From the human T2T-CHM13v2.0 reference genome, Homo sapiens: a stretch of 64,000 bases of DNA. The stretch lies in the NCBI RefSeq assembly GCF_009914755.1, contig NC_060930.1, one strand, 5' to 3'. Made by a program: the position numbers and the translations under genes. Shown one piece after another: positions 1 to 12,994 of this stretch (the first letter of the stretch is position 1; the number at the start of each line of letters is the position of its first letter). The notes beneath the pieces were generated by a model. It made no database searches. It was given only the letters and a program-made list of their open reading frames with translations, and was not told the DNA's origin.

Positions 1-189
1 GGTTTATCTGTCTTTATAAATGAGAAATATAAGAAAGGAAAAGAATGCACAAACTAACTAGGTTTCTTGTGAATCACTAAACTAGCCAAAGGACCAAAAA
101 TACAAGATCAGCGTGACTCTGAGGGATGTGAGATTATGGTTCCGCACTAAAGAGCTAAAATAAATGACATAATATTAACAATAATGACC

Positions 190-430
190 ATAATAATAGC
201 TATAATATATTGAGTACTTACTATGTGACAGCTACTGTGAAAAAGTCTTCACTTGCATTTAGTTCTTCCAACATCCCTTTAAGACTGACAAGTTTTATAA
301 TTATTACCATTTTACAGACAGGAAAACAGAGTCAAGAGAGTTTTGTAAACCTATCCGAGGTCACATAGCTATTATATTTTGAAAATACGACTTTCTGTCC
401 CCAGAGCTTACATAGTTAACCCTTTCCTCT
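190..430 (-). mobile_element. MIR SINE remnant
   Basis: aataatagc...tgagtacttactatgtg...cattttacagacaggaaaacagagtc...aggtcacatagcta resembles the reverse-complement MIR core. Confidence 0.8.
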
Positions 431-1109
431 AGACTGCTCTATAAAGTAAGAAAATGGTAGTCACCCTCCTTGGAATAATGAGAGAAAAGAAAAATCAATA
501 ACCGAGTAAGAGTTGTATCTCAGCTCCAGATCCAATTCCAATTTCAAGTATCCACTTAACCTTGGATAGCACCACTGTTTCTTGAAAGCCAAAATCCATT
601 GAGTATTTTGTGGTCCACCATCTCTTACAAAGCAGATACTCTATTGAATAGTAAGCTACGAACTGAATTTCTGTACCTGTAATCATTTTATTTATTTACA
701 AATATTTGTTAGTGACTGAATCTGCATACATATATTTTGTAAAACAAAGAATCCTTTTCATGGAAGCAACAACTTGCTATTAATCTGTTTGTTTTTATTT
801 GAGATTTTTATATATTGATATTTTTCAACAGCCAATCTTTAGGCAAATTGGATTTCTCATTTCTCTCAACTGGTTATATTTTTGAAAATCATATTAAAAA
901 CTTTGAATTAGTTTCATTATTATGCAATGTTAAGGCCTGATTAATTTAAAAGTTTCCTAAGTTTCAATTTTCAATATCTAGTCATCTATGAAGTTGGAAA
1001 TACTGAAAACCAGTTTTAAAAGAGACACAAAGATGAGAACCAAATAGTCCTAAGCAATTGTTATAACTGTTCTTGGCATTTTTGTGATGTGGCAAATAAA
1101 TGCAGAAAA

Positions 1110-1350
1110 TGGCTAATATATTGATAAAGCACTGCTTTGGTTATCAAAAGATTTTAGCTACAGTTTATATTTACTAGTTATACAACTTTGAATTGTTCCC
1201 TTAACTTCTCTGAGATATTGTTTACTCATTTATAAAATTGGACTTATATTCCCTGCCCTAATAACTGCTTGAGATTATTGTAGACATACAATATGGTTAG
1301 GAATATAAAAAAGTTTTATACAGTATAAATTGTTATAAAAAATAAAGCTT
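1110..1350 (+). mobile_element. MIR/MIR3 SINE remnant
   Basis: cttaacttctctgag...gtttactcatttataaaattgg is a degenerate MIR core. Confidence 0.6.
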
Positions 1351-1582
1351 TGTTATAAGTGTAAATGCTAATTTTCCTTTTGAATATCTGTTGTTAAAAC
1401 TGCAAACACTGAGAATTAATATAGCCCAGATTAGGTATTTTATCAAAAAAAGTAGATAAAAGCCTGTTCCTTAATTGCCTATTTTGCCTTTATGACCACA
1501 ACATTTATTGTACACCCTTTGCTTCTCTTGGACTTTATTACTATCTACATAATCTGCTAAGACCTAAAGAGGAAACAGGGAA

Positions 1583-1632
1583 TGTGTGAGTGTGTGTGTG
1601 AGAGTGTGTGTCTGTATGTGTACATGTGTGTA
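1583..1632. repeat. imperfect (TG)n microsatellite
   Basis: tgtgtgagtgtgtgtgtgagagtgtgtgtctgtatgtg. Confidence 0.9.
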
Positions 1633-2629
1633 TACAGAAAGTGATTAAGAATAAGGAGGAGTGATAATATTGCTAACTTTTGAAGCCCTTGATGTAAATC
1701 ATTCTGATGTTAGCTACTGAGTGCTTATCCAAATGGAATTCATAATTATAATCAAATGTATAAAAATATAGTTATCAATTGTACCTTTGTATGATTGGCT
1801 AGTACACTGTTGTGAAGTAACTCAACTCAATAAACATTATAAAGTTCTTCTGAATATTCCTTTTAGTCTTTATTTTATATATAGAACAAGACATTTAAAA
1901 AGAACTATAATATTTTAGTGAAAAATGACTACATGCCTCATTCATAGGTTAGCTATATTTTGAAGCCTCCTAATTCAATTCATTTGATTATTTGGCATCC
2001 GAACCATGAGTTAGGGACAAAAATAGAAGTATTGTCACCATTCTATGTAGCAATTTCAATAGTTTTGTTTTCTTTTTTCCATAATAAACAAACTTCTAAC
2101 CTCAGGAACTACTTCAGAAAGTAATTATTTATAATGCATTTACATTAATATGAATTTTATGGCTGAGAGTATATAGAAATGACTAGATAAGAGAAGACGT
2201 TTCAAGATAATTCCTAGTTATATTTAACAATATGTGAAATGAGGGGCTTCTAATTTTGAAATGTGATAGTTTTCTAGTAAAATTTATTCTACTTTATTAA
2301 AATGTATTCGAATAAGATTCCCAAACCAAAATCAGTTCTGGCAGTCTACTTCTGTTACAACATTTGCAATTTTCACTTGTAAAATTAATTATCCATGATT
2401 GTAGGCTGAAATTAGATATTATAATGTTTATGTTGACACTTTAGCCAGATCACTCATCTAAATAATTAATTTTGTTTTCATTTTATGAGTCCAAATAACA
2501 TATTATAGATATTTTAAGAGCACAGAAGAACTCCAGAAAGTGACTTCTAAAGGTTCTTTTCAAAAATTGTATATTTTCAGACTAGCTTATTGGTTTTGAT
2601 CAATTAAAATCTCACTTTAGTATGTCAAA

Positions 2630-3960
2630 GTTATTTTAAACTTTTTCACTGAATTATAACATAGGTACACAAGAATATATAACCATAAGTGAACAGTTCA
2701 TTCATTTGTCACAAAGTAAATTTACCAACGTAACAAACTTAGAAGTCAAGAAATAGAACATGATGAGGAATAGTGTCAGCCTTTGTGTTCCCGCCCAGTG
2801 CAAATCAAAATTATCTTCTTACTTCTGACACCTTAGAATGGTTTTATACTTTTTAAAGTTTATATAAGTGAAATTGTACAATAAATGTTCTTTTTTTGTT
2901 AAGCTTGTTTACTTTAACATTATGTTTGTGATTTACTCTATGTAGTTGCATGCAGCAGTTCATTATTTTCACTGGTATGTAATATGCCATTGTATAAGTA
3001 TCTCCACTTTATCCATTTATGTAACTTATTCATCTACTTATTTAACTTTTGATAGATATTGGACTTTTTATAAATAATGCTGCTATTAGAATTTCACTTT
3101 GTGTTTTATACTTCTGTGCACCAGCAAGCTGAATTGCTGAGTTAGCACAAATTTATTTAATTATACTAGATGCTACCAAACAGCTTCCCAAAAGAATTAA
3201 ACATAGCTTAACTTCCAAAGCATCTAGGAATTTCTCCATTATACAATCTTCCCATTGCTCAGTATTAACAATACAGTTATATAGGATGTATGATCGCTCA
3301 TTATGATTTTCATTAGCCTTGCCTAATAAGTATGAAGCTGAGAAACTTGATGTTTCTATTGTCTTTTTGATATGTTCACCTGTGAAGTGCCTGTTCAAGA
3401 TTCTTGCCCTTTTTTCTATTGAAATGTGTCTTTTTTCTATTTTAAAGTCTTCTTAATATAATTCAGATAAGTGTTCACTTTTGGGTTCTAGAGCTCTGTA
3501 TGTCTTCTCTAACCCTGTGCCTTACCACTTTCTTGTGTCTATAGTGAAATAAAATTCATTTTAATATAACTCAATGTGCCAACATTTTTCATAAATTATA
3601 GTTATAGCTTTTTGTATTTAAGAAATATTTGTCTATCCTAAGAAAAGAAAGGCATTTTTTATGTTATTTTGAAGCCTCATTTTTATATTTAGATCTACAA
3701 TGCATGGGAAATAACTGTTTTGAGGAAGGGGTCAGATTTATTTCAACATGTATATCCAACTTACCAGTCACAAGATATTAAAAGGAAGGTCCTTTCTCAA
3801 TTTCTCTTCAGTTACACTTTTTAAATAAACCAACTATCTATATTATTATGGGTAAGTTCATGGACTCCATCCAATTTTGCATGTCTCTATTTTCATGAAA
3901 AGTATTTGCCTGTATTTCCTTTAGTAGTTTTCCGTAGGTTTTGTTATCAAGATTTCTATG
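2630..3960 (-). mobile_element. ancient L1ME-class LINE-1, 3' portion (host of the nested stack)
   Basis: Antisense L1ME 3'UTR motifs (aagtgaacagttca, gtcaagaaatagaacat) and antisense ORF2 remnants; ends ggttttgttatcaag, which continues after 12343 as gcttataaaatgagctgggaagtgttc. Confidence 0.7.
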
Positions 3961-5945
3961 GAGAGGCTGGAGCAAGATGACAAAATAGAATCCTATACTA
4001 TTCATACCTCCCTACAGGAACATCAAATTTTAACAACTATCTGCACACAGAAAAACACCATCACAAAAACCAAAAATCAGGTGAACAAGTACAGTACATG
4101 CTTTTTACCTCATTTTATTGAAAGAGGTATTGAGGAGGGTTAGAGAGTCGTCTTGAATCTCTTATGCCACCCCTCCTACATTATTCACTGGCAGTGTCCC
4201 TGCAGAGCAAAGAGTCTACGCATTTGGGGGAGAAAGAACAAAGTGACTAGAGGATATTACATTGAACTCAGTGTTGCCCTGTCATAGCAGAGAGTAAAGC
4301 CATGCTGGGCTCAACCAGTGCTCCTGCACAAAGGGAGCATTTGGACCAGACCTAGCCAGAGGGGAATTACCCTTCCCATCATCTAAAATTTAAGTTTCTT
4401 AGAAAGTCTCCCCACCATGGGGCAAAGTGCTCTGAGGTTGGGGTTCTATGTAAACTTGAAAGGCAGTTTAGGATACAAAGACTGCAATTCCTAAGCAATT
4501 CCTAGTGCTGGGCTTGGCTCAGAGCCAAAGGACTACGTTAGCATGTGACTAGGGAGACACTAGCTGGCGCAGCTAAAGAAGGGCTTGAGCCATCCCTCCC
4601 ACAATCCCAGGCAGTGCGGCTAGCAGCAATGAAAGTGTCTCCTTTCTTCTCTTAAGGGACTGAGAACAAAGAGTAAAGGCGACTTTGTCTTGCATCTTGG
4701 ATACCTGCTCAGCGACAGTAGGGTAGGGCACTGAGCAGAGTCACAAGGCCCCCATTCTAGGTCCTGGCTCCCAGATGACATTTCTAGACCCACCCTGGGC
4801 CAAAAGGGAACTGCTGCCTTAAAGAAAAGACCCAGTCCTGGCAAGATTCATCACCTGTTGACTAAAGAGCGCTTGGGACCCTAATAACCAGCGGTGATGC
4901 CCAAGTAGTATGTGATGGGCCTGGGGCTCTGAGACATGTTGACTGCAGTCATAACCCAGCACATTCCCTGCTATGTTGGTTGTGGTGAAAGACTTACTTG
5001 AGAAAGCAGAGGGAAAAGTAAAGGGGACTTTGTCTTACACCTTAGGTACCAGCTCAGCTACAGTGGAGTAGAGCAAAAAGTAGGCTCTTGAGGTCCCCAC
5101 ATTGAGGCCTAGGCTCTTGGACAACATTTCTGGACCTGCCCCGGGCCACAGGGGAGACCATTGCCCTGAAGAAGGAGTCCCAGGCCAGGCAGGATTCACC
5201 ACAAGCTAACTGAAGAGCCCTTGAGCTTTAAGTGAACATTGGCGATGGACTGGCAGAAACGCCCTGTGGGCTGGTGGTGGTGGTGCCCACAAGGAGAGGC
5301 TCCTCTGCCTATAGAAAAGGGAAGGAAGAAGAGGAAGGATTTACTTTTGTAGTTTGAGTGCCAGATTGGCTGCAATAGAATAGAACATTAGGCAAATTTC
5401 TAAGGTTTTTGACTCTAAACCCTGGCTCCCAGATAGCATCTCTGGACTTACCCAAGGCCTAGGGGAGCTTGCTGCCCTGAAGGGAAGGAGACAAACCTGG
5501 CTGGTTTTACCACCTGCTAATTGTAGAACCCTAGGGCCATGAGTGAACATAGGTGATGGGCAAGTAGCAGTTACAGCAGACTTTGAGCAAGACCCAGTGC
5601 TGTGCTGGCTTCTAAAAAGATCCAGCACAGTCTTAGTGGTGGTGGTCGCAGGAGTGCCAGCATCACCACATCCCCAGTTCCAGGCAGCTTGACACAGAGA
5701 GAGAGAGAGACTCCATTTGCTTGGGAGAAAGTAAGGGAAAAAAACAAAGGTCTCTGCTTGGTGATCCAGAGAATTCTTCCAGATCATATCTAAGACCACT
5801 AAGGCGGTATCACTAAAACTCTGCAAAAAACCACAGTAATATTGAGCTTGGGACACAAGTCCCTTTGAACAAATGGCCTTCTCAAGAAGGACAGGCACAA
5901 ACAAGCCCAGATGATGAAAACTACAATAAATACATAACTCTTCAA

Positions 5946-6228
5946 TGCCCGGACACTGACAAACATCTATAGATATCAAGATCATCCAGGAAAACATGAC
6001 CTAACAAAGGAACTAAATAAGACACTGACCAGCCTGATCAACAGGATGTAACCCTGTCTCTACCAGAAAAATACAAAAATTAGCCAGTCGTGGTGGCACG
6101 TGCCTGTAATCCCAGCTACTCAGGAGGCTGAGGAAAGAGAATCGCTTAAACCCAGGAGAGGGAAGTTGCAGTGAGCCAAGATCGCACCATCACACTCCAG
6201 CCTGGGCGACAGAGTGAGACTCGATCAC

Positions 6229-6260
<32 letters not shown>

Positions 6261-7140
6261 ACTACATAAGGCACCAGGGACCACCTTTGGGGAACAGAGA
6301 AATGTGACCTTTCAGACATAGAATTCAAAATAGCTGTTTTGAAGCAACTCAAAGAAATTCAAGGTAACACAGGGAAGAAATTCAGATTTCTACTAAACAA
6401 ATTTAACAAAGACACCGAAATAATTAAAAAGAATCAGGCAGAAATTCTAGAGTTGAATAATACAATTGACATACAGAAGAATGCATCAATCAGTAGCAAA
6501 ACTGAGCAGAATAAAGAATTAGTGAGGTTGAAGACAGGCTATTTGAAAATATGCAATAAGAGTAAACAAAAGAAAAAAAGAATAAAAAACAATGAAGCAT
6601 TCCTACAAGATCTAGAAAAGAGATTCAAAAGGGCAAATCTAGGAGATATTGGCTTTAAAGAGGAGGAAGAGAAAGAAATAAGGGTAGAAAGTTTATTCAA
6701 AGAGATAATAACAGAGAATTTCCCAAACTTTGAGAAAGGTATCAACATTCAAGTACAAGGTTATAGAACACCAAAAGGATTTAACCCAAAGAAGACTACC
6801 ACACAGCATTTACTAATCAAATTCCCAAAGCTCAAAGATAAAGAAAGGATCCTAAAAGCAACAGGAGGAAAGATACAAATAAGATACAGTGGAGTTCCAA
6901 TGTGTCTGACAGCAGAATTTTCAATGGAAACCTTACAGTCCAGGAGGTGGCATGACATAAAGTGCAGAAGAAAAAAACTTTTCACCCTGGAATAATATAT
7001 TCAGTGAAAATATCCTTCAAGTTAAAGGAGAAATAAACACCTTCCCAGATGAACAAAAACTGAGGGATTTCATCAACACCAGACCTTTCCTAAAAGAAAT
7101 GCTGAACGGAGTTCATCAATCTGAAAAAAAAGATGTTAAT
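5946..7140 (+). pseudogene. L1 ORF1p remnant (interrupted by an Alu, frameshifted)
   Basis: ORF 6339-6995 translates to EIITENFPN...IQVQGYRTP...DKERILKA...TAEFSMETLQSRRW, typical L1 ORF1 RRM/CTD sequence. Confidence 0.88.
6027..6256 (+). mobile_element. 5'-truncated Alu (AluS-like) inserted in L1 ORF1
   Basis: aaaatacaaaaattagcc...cctgtaatcccagctactcaggaggctgagg...A-tail of ~30; TSD ggaactaaataagacac (6009-6025) / ggcactacataaggcac (6258-6274). Confidence 0.93.
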
Positions 7141-7609
7141 AAGCAATAAGAGATTACCTGAAAGTGCAAAACTTGCTGGTAATAGTGAGCACACAGAAAA
7201 ATAGAATAATTCAATGCTGTAATTGTGTGTGTAAACTACCCATAAGTAGAAAGACTAACTAATGAAAAAATAAAAATAACTACAACTTTCTAAGACATGG
7301 AGAGTACACTAAAACATAAAGAAAAAAACAAAAAGTTAAAAGGCATGAAATTAAAATGTAGAGTTTTTATTGGTTTTCTTTTTGCATGTTTATGCAATCA
7401 GTGTTAAATTGTCATAATTTAAAATAGTAGGTTATAAGATAATATTTGCAAGCCTCATGGTAACCTCAAAATGAAAAATATACAATGGATATACAAAAAA
7501 TTAAAAGCAAGAAATTATATCATACCACCAGGGGAAGTAGCCTTCACTAAAAGGAAGACAGAAAAGAAGAAAGAGAAGACAACAAAATAACAAGAAAACA
7601 AGTAACAAA

Positions 7610-10600
7610 ATGGCAAGTTTAAGTATCTACTTATCAATAATAATGTTGAATATCAATGGACTAAACTCTCCAATCAAAAGAAATGAGTAGACAAATGGAT
7701 TCCTTAAAAATACCCTGTAATCTGTTGCCTACAAGATATACTCTTCACCTATAAAGCCACACATAGACAAAAGATAAAGGGATGGATAAAGATATTCCAA
7801 GTTAATGGAAACCAAAAAAGAGCAGGAATAGCTATTCTTATATTAGACAAAATAGATTTCAAGACAAAGGGCTCAATTCAGCAAGAGGAAATAACAGTTT
7901 TAAATACATGTGCACCCAACACAGGAGCATCAAGATATACAAAGCAAATATTATTAGAGCTAAAGTGAGAGTTAGGTCCCAATATAATAATAGCTGGAGA
8001 CTTCAACACCCCACTTTCAGCATTAACTCAGACAGAAAATGAACAAAGAGACATCAGACTTAATCTGCACTGTAGGATGAATGGGACTAACAAATATTTA
8101 CAGAACATTTCATTCAAAGGCTGCAGAATACACATTCTTTTCCTCTGCACATGGATCATGCTCAAAAACAGACCATATGTTAGTGAGATGGTTAATATTA
8201 AGTTTCAACTTAATTTGATTGAAGGATGTAAAGTATTGTTTCTGGGTATATCTGGGTGTTTCTGCGTGTTGTCAGAAGAAATTAACATTTAAGTCAGTGG
8301 GCTGGAAGAGAAAGACCCACCCTCAGAAAGACCCACCCACAATATGGGTGGGCACCATCCAATCAGCTGCAAGCCGATCTAGAAATAGCAGACAGAAGAA
8401 GGTGGAAGAAGCTGACTTGCTGAGTTTTCCGGTCTTCATCTTTCTCCAGTGCTGGGTGCTTTCTGCCCTCGAACATCATACTCCACGGTCCTTGACTTTT
8501 GGACTCTTGGACTTACACTAGTGGTTTGCCAAAGGCTCTCAGGCCTTTGGCCACAGACTGAAGACTGCATTGCTGGCTTTTTCTAATTTTGAGTTCAGGG
8601 ACTCAGACTGAGCCACTACTGGCTTCCTTGCCCCCCAGCTTGCGGATGGCCTATCATGAGACTTCACCTTGTGATCATGTAGGTTAATTCTTCTTAACAA
8701 ATTCCCTTTTATATATACACATACCCTATTATTTTGGTCCCTCTAGATAACCCTGACTAACACAGTTAGATATAAAACAAGTCTGAAAGCATGCAGAAAA
8801 TTAAAATAGTGTCAAGGATCTTCTCTGATCACATTAGAATAAAACTAGAAATCAATAACAAGAGGAATTTTGAAAACTATACAAGCACATGGAAATTAAA
8901 CAATATACTCCTGAATGACCAGTGAGTCAATGAAGAAATTAAGAAGGAAATTTAAAAATTTCTTGAGACAAATGATAATGAAAACACAATATACGAAATC
9001 CAATAGGATACAGCGAAAGCAGTACTAAAGAGAGGGACATTTATGGCTATAAGTGCCTGCATCAAAAAAGAAGAAAAACTTTAAACAATCTTGTGATGTA
9101 TCTTAAAGAACTAGAAAAGCAAAAGCAAATCAAACCTAAAATTAATAGAATAAAAGAAATAATAAAGATTAGAGCAGAAATAAATCAAATAGAAATGGGA
9201 AAAAATACAAAATACATAAATACAAAAGATCAATTAAACAAGAAGTTGTTTTTTGTAAAAGTTAAGCAAAATTGACAAACTTTATGTTAGATTAACTAAG
9301 AAATAAAGAGAGAAGATCCAAATAAATAAAATCAGAGATCAAAAAGGAGACTTTACAACTGATACCCCCCCTCCCAAATTCAAAGGATTCTTAGTGGCTT
9401 CTATGAGCAAATATACGCTAATAAATTGGAAAACTCTAGAAGAAATAGACAAATTCCTAGACACATATAACCTACCAAGATTGAACCAGGAAGACATCTA
9501 AAACCTAACGGCCTAGTAACAAGTAAGGAGATTGAACTCACAATAAAAAGCCTCCAAGTAAAGAAAAGCCTGGAACCCAATGGCTTCACTCTTGAATTTT
9601 ACCAAACATTTAAATAAGAGATAATAGCAATCCTGCTCATATTTTTACAAAAAGTGGAGGAGGAAGAGACTTTCACACTCATTAAACAGGGCTAGTATTA
9701 ACCTGATATCAAAACCAGAGAAAATAAACTCAAAATAAGAAAACTGTAGGCCAACATCTTTCAGAAATATTAATTTAAAAAATCCTCAACGAAATACTAG
9801 CAGATCAAATTCAAATATCCATTAAAAAGATAATTCATCATGACCAAGTAGGATGTATCCCTGGGATGTGAAGATTGTTCAGTATACACAAATCAATAAA
9901 TATAATATATCATATCTACAGAATGAAAACAAAGCCATATAATCATTTCAATTGATGCTGTAAAACAATTCAGTAAAATTTACCATCTCTTTGTAATAAA
10001 AAAACATCAAAAAAATGGGTATAGTAGAAATATATCTCAACATAATAAAAGGCATAAATAACAGACCTACAGCTAATATCATACTGAATGGGGAAAATGT
10101 GAAATCTTTTCTGTAAGATCTGGAACACTACAAGGATGCCCAATTTCACCACTGTTATTCAACATAGTACTGGAAGTCCTAGCTGGAACAATCAGACAAG
10201 AGAAAAAAATAAAGGACATTCACATTGGAAAGGAAGAAGTCAAATTACCTTTTTGCAGATGATATGATCTTGTATTTGGAAAAACCTAGACTTCACCAAA
10301 AAAAGCTTAGAACTGATACACAAATTCAGTAAAGTTGTACGATATAAAATCAACAAACAAAATTAGTAGCATTTCTATATGCCAACAGTGAACAATCTGA
10401 AACAGAAATTTAAAAAGTAATTCCATTTATAAAAGCCACAAATAAAATTAAATACCTACGAATTAACTTAACCAAAGAAATGATAGATCTCTATAATGAA
10501 AACTATAAAACACTGTTGAAAGAAATTGGAAAGAACAAATGTTCATGGAGTGAAAGAATCAATGTTGTTAAAATGCCCATACTACCCAAAGAAATTTATA

Positions 10601-11950
10601 GTTTCAATTCAATCCATATCAAAATACTAATGACATTCTTCACAGAAATTTTTTTAAAAATCCTAAAATTTATGTGGAACCATGAAAGACCCAGAATAGC
10701 CAACGTCACCCTGAGCAAAAGGAGTAAAACTGGAGGAATCACATTACCTGGCTTCAAATTATGCTACAGAGCTATAGTCTGTACTATAGTCTGCAAATGA
10801 GCATGGTACCGGCATAAGAACAAATACAAAAACCAAGGAAAGAGGATACAGAATACAGAAACAAATCCATCAACCTATAGTGAACTCATTTTTTATATAG
10901 GTGCCAATGACATGCATTGGAGAAAAGACAGTCTCCACAACAAATGGTGTTGGGAGAACTGAACATCCATATGCAGAAGAATGAAACTCAATTTCTGTCT
11001 CTCACCATATACAAAATTCAAGTCAAAATGATTTAAAGAATTAAATCTAAGACATAAACTATAAAACTGCTACAAGAAAACATTAGGGAAACTCTCTAGT
11101 AGATTGATCTGGGCAAAAATTTCTTGAGTAATACCCCACAAACACTGGTAACAAGAGCAAAAACTGACACACAGGATTACATCAAGTTAAAAACCTTCTG
11201 CACTGAAAAGGAAACAATCAACAAAATGAGGAGACAACCCATAGAATGGGAAAAAATATTTGCAAACTACCCATCTGACAAGAAATTAATAACCAGAATA
11301 TGTAAGGATCTCAAATAACTATATAGAAAAAAATCTAATAATTATGGGACAAAAAGTTGAATAAACATTTCTCAAAAGAAGACAAAAAAATGGCAAGTGG
11401 GCATATGAAAATGTGGTCAACACCATTGATCATTAGAACAATGAAAATCAAAACTACTGTAAAATATCATTTCACCCCAGTGAAAATGGTTTATTCAAAA
11501 GATGGGCAATAATCATTGCTGGAGAGGATGTGGAGAAAAGCTTACCCTCAGCCTTTATTGGAGGGAATTTAAATTAGTACAACTACTACGAAAAACAGTT
11601 TGGAACTTCCCCCAAAAAATAAAAATAGAACTACCATATGATCCACAACCCCACTTATTGGTATATACCCAAAAGAATGGAAATTCATTTACGGAAAAGA
11701 TATATGTGCTTTCATGTTTGTTACAGCACTGTTCACAGTAGCCAAGATTTGGAAGCAATCTAAGTGTTCATCAACAGATGACTGGATAAAGAAAATGTGG
11801 TACTTATGCACAATGTAATACTTATTCAGCATAAAAAAATGAGTTCCTGTTATTTGCAACAATATTGATGGAACTGGTGGTCATTATGTTAAGTGAAACA
11901 GACTCTACACAGAAGGACAAACATTACATGTTGTCACTTATTTGTGGCAT
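7610..11950 (+). pseudogene. L1 ORF2p remnant (EN/RT/Cys), many stops and frameshifts, interrupted by an MLT2 LTR
   Basis: atggcaagtttaagt...aatatcaatggactaaactctccaatcaaaag start; tttgcagatgatatgatc (FADDM) near 10253; CWRGCGEK in ORF 11502-11741. Confidence 0.88.
8184..8764 (+). mobile_element. solo LTR, MLT2A2-like (ERVL/HERV-L)
   Basis: TG...CA termini (tgagatggttaatatt...ccctgactaacaca); exact 5-bp TSD gttag at 8179-8183 and 8765-8769; L1 ORF2 resumes on both sides. Confidence 0.9.
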
Positions 11951-12343
11951 GTACATATAAAAACAATTGAACACATGAAGACAGAGAATAGAGAAGGGTT
12001 ACAGAGGTTGGTAAGTTTAGTTGGATGGGGGGTGATGATTAATGGGTACAAATAATAGTTTGTGAGAATGAATAATACCTAGCATTTGACAGCACAACAG
12101 GGAAACTATAGTAAAAATAATTGTACATTTTGAAATAACTAAAAGTATAATTGGATGATTTGTAACACAAAGGATAAATGCTTGAAGGAATAGATATTCC
12201 ACTTTCTATGATGTGATTATTACACATTGCGTACCTGTATCAGAATAACTCATGTACCCTATAAATATATACACCTATTATGTACCTACAAAAATTAAAA
12301 ATAAAAAAATGTAAAATAAACAAAAGAAAAAAGACTTCTGTGG

Positions 12344-12990
12344 GCTTATAAAATGAGCTGGGAAGTGTTCTCTCTTTTTCTAATATCAAGAAAAGTGTGT
12401 TGTGTGTGTGTGTGTGTGTGTGTTTATATACACATATAAATTTACATGTTTGTGTCTACATGTATGTGTGTATGTGTATATATGTGTATATATATACACA
12501 CAAAAAATAGCATACATATATATATGTATAACATGCATATATATGTATGTTATTTTTTCCTAAGTTTTTGGAAGAATTAATCAGTAGAGACAAATAGAAC
12601 AAGAGTGCTCTTCATGAAAAGGTTTTAAATTATACGTTGTTTCTTTAATAAATGCAGGCAATTATTTAGATATTCCATTTTTTCTTAATAAATTATATTT
12701 CTTACATAGTTTCATCCAGGACATTCTTATTTTATATTTTTGCCATAATATTGCTCACTGGTATTTAAAAGTTTGTCAAAACTTGTGAAAAATTAAACAT
12801 CAGTATGTTTAGAATTAAAGTTATCATTTTCATTCTACATATTGATTAATTTTGCCTTTTCTCCTTTTTATCACAAAATTGAAAAAGTCCTGGTCAATTT
12901 TGTTGTTTTTTAAAATAAATACATACTCAGATTGACTTATTTTGTTTGATTAATTTCATTAATTTTAGCTACTATTTTACCACTTTCTTT
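12344..12990 (-). mobile_element. continuation of the ancient L1ME-class element
   Basis: ataaaatgagctgggaagtgttctctc and gtttttggaagaattaatcagt are antisense ORF2 motifs collinear with 3900-3960. Confidence 0.6.
12396..12550. repeat. (TG)n/(TA)n compound microsatellite
   Basis: tgtgtgtg...tatatatacacac...tatatgtatg. Confidence 0.9.
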
Positions 12991-12994
12991 TCAT

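Larger units (their letters stand above)
3962..12330 (+). mobile_element. near-full-length LINE-1, L1MA1-3 class (L1MA2-like 3' end, L1M1-type 5' end), inactive
   Basis: 5' terminus ggagcaagatgacaaaatagaa; ~2 kb 5'UTR; ORF1 and ORF2 remnants; 3'UTR ...catgtaccctataaatatatacacctattatgtacctacaaaaattaaaa plus A-tail; degenerate TSD aagatttctatgg (3949-3961) / aagacttctgtgg (12331-12343). Confidence 0.92.

Noticed and set aside
495-686. 63-aa minus-strand ORF / possible exon 561-676 (cag|...aag|gttaag)
   Set aside because: The acceptor has no polypyrimidine tract, the donor is weak and the peptide matches nothing I recognise.
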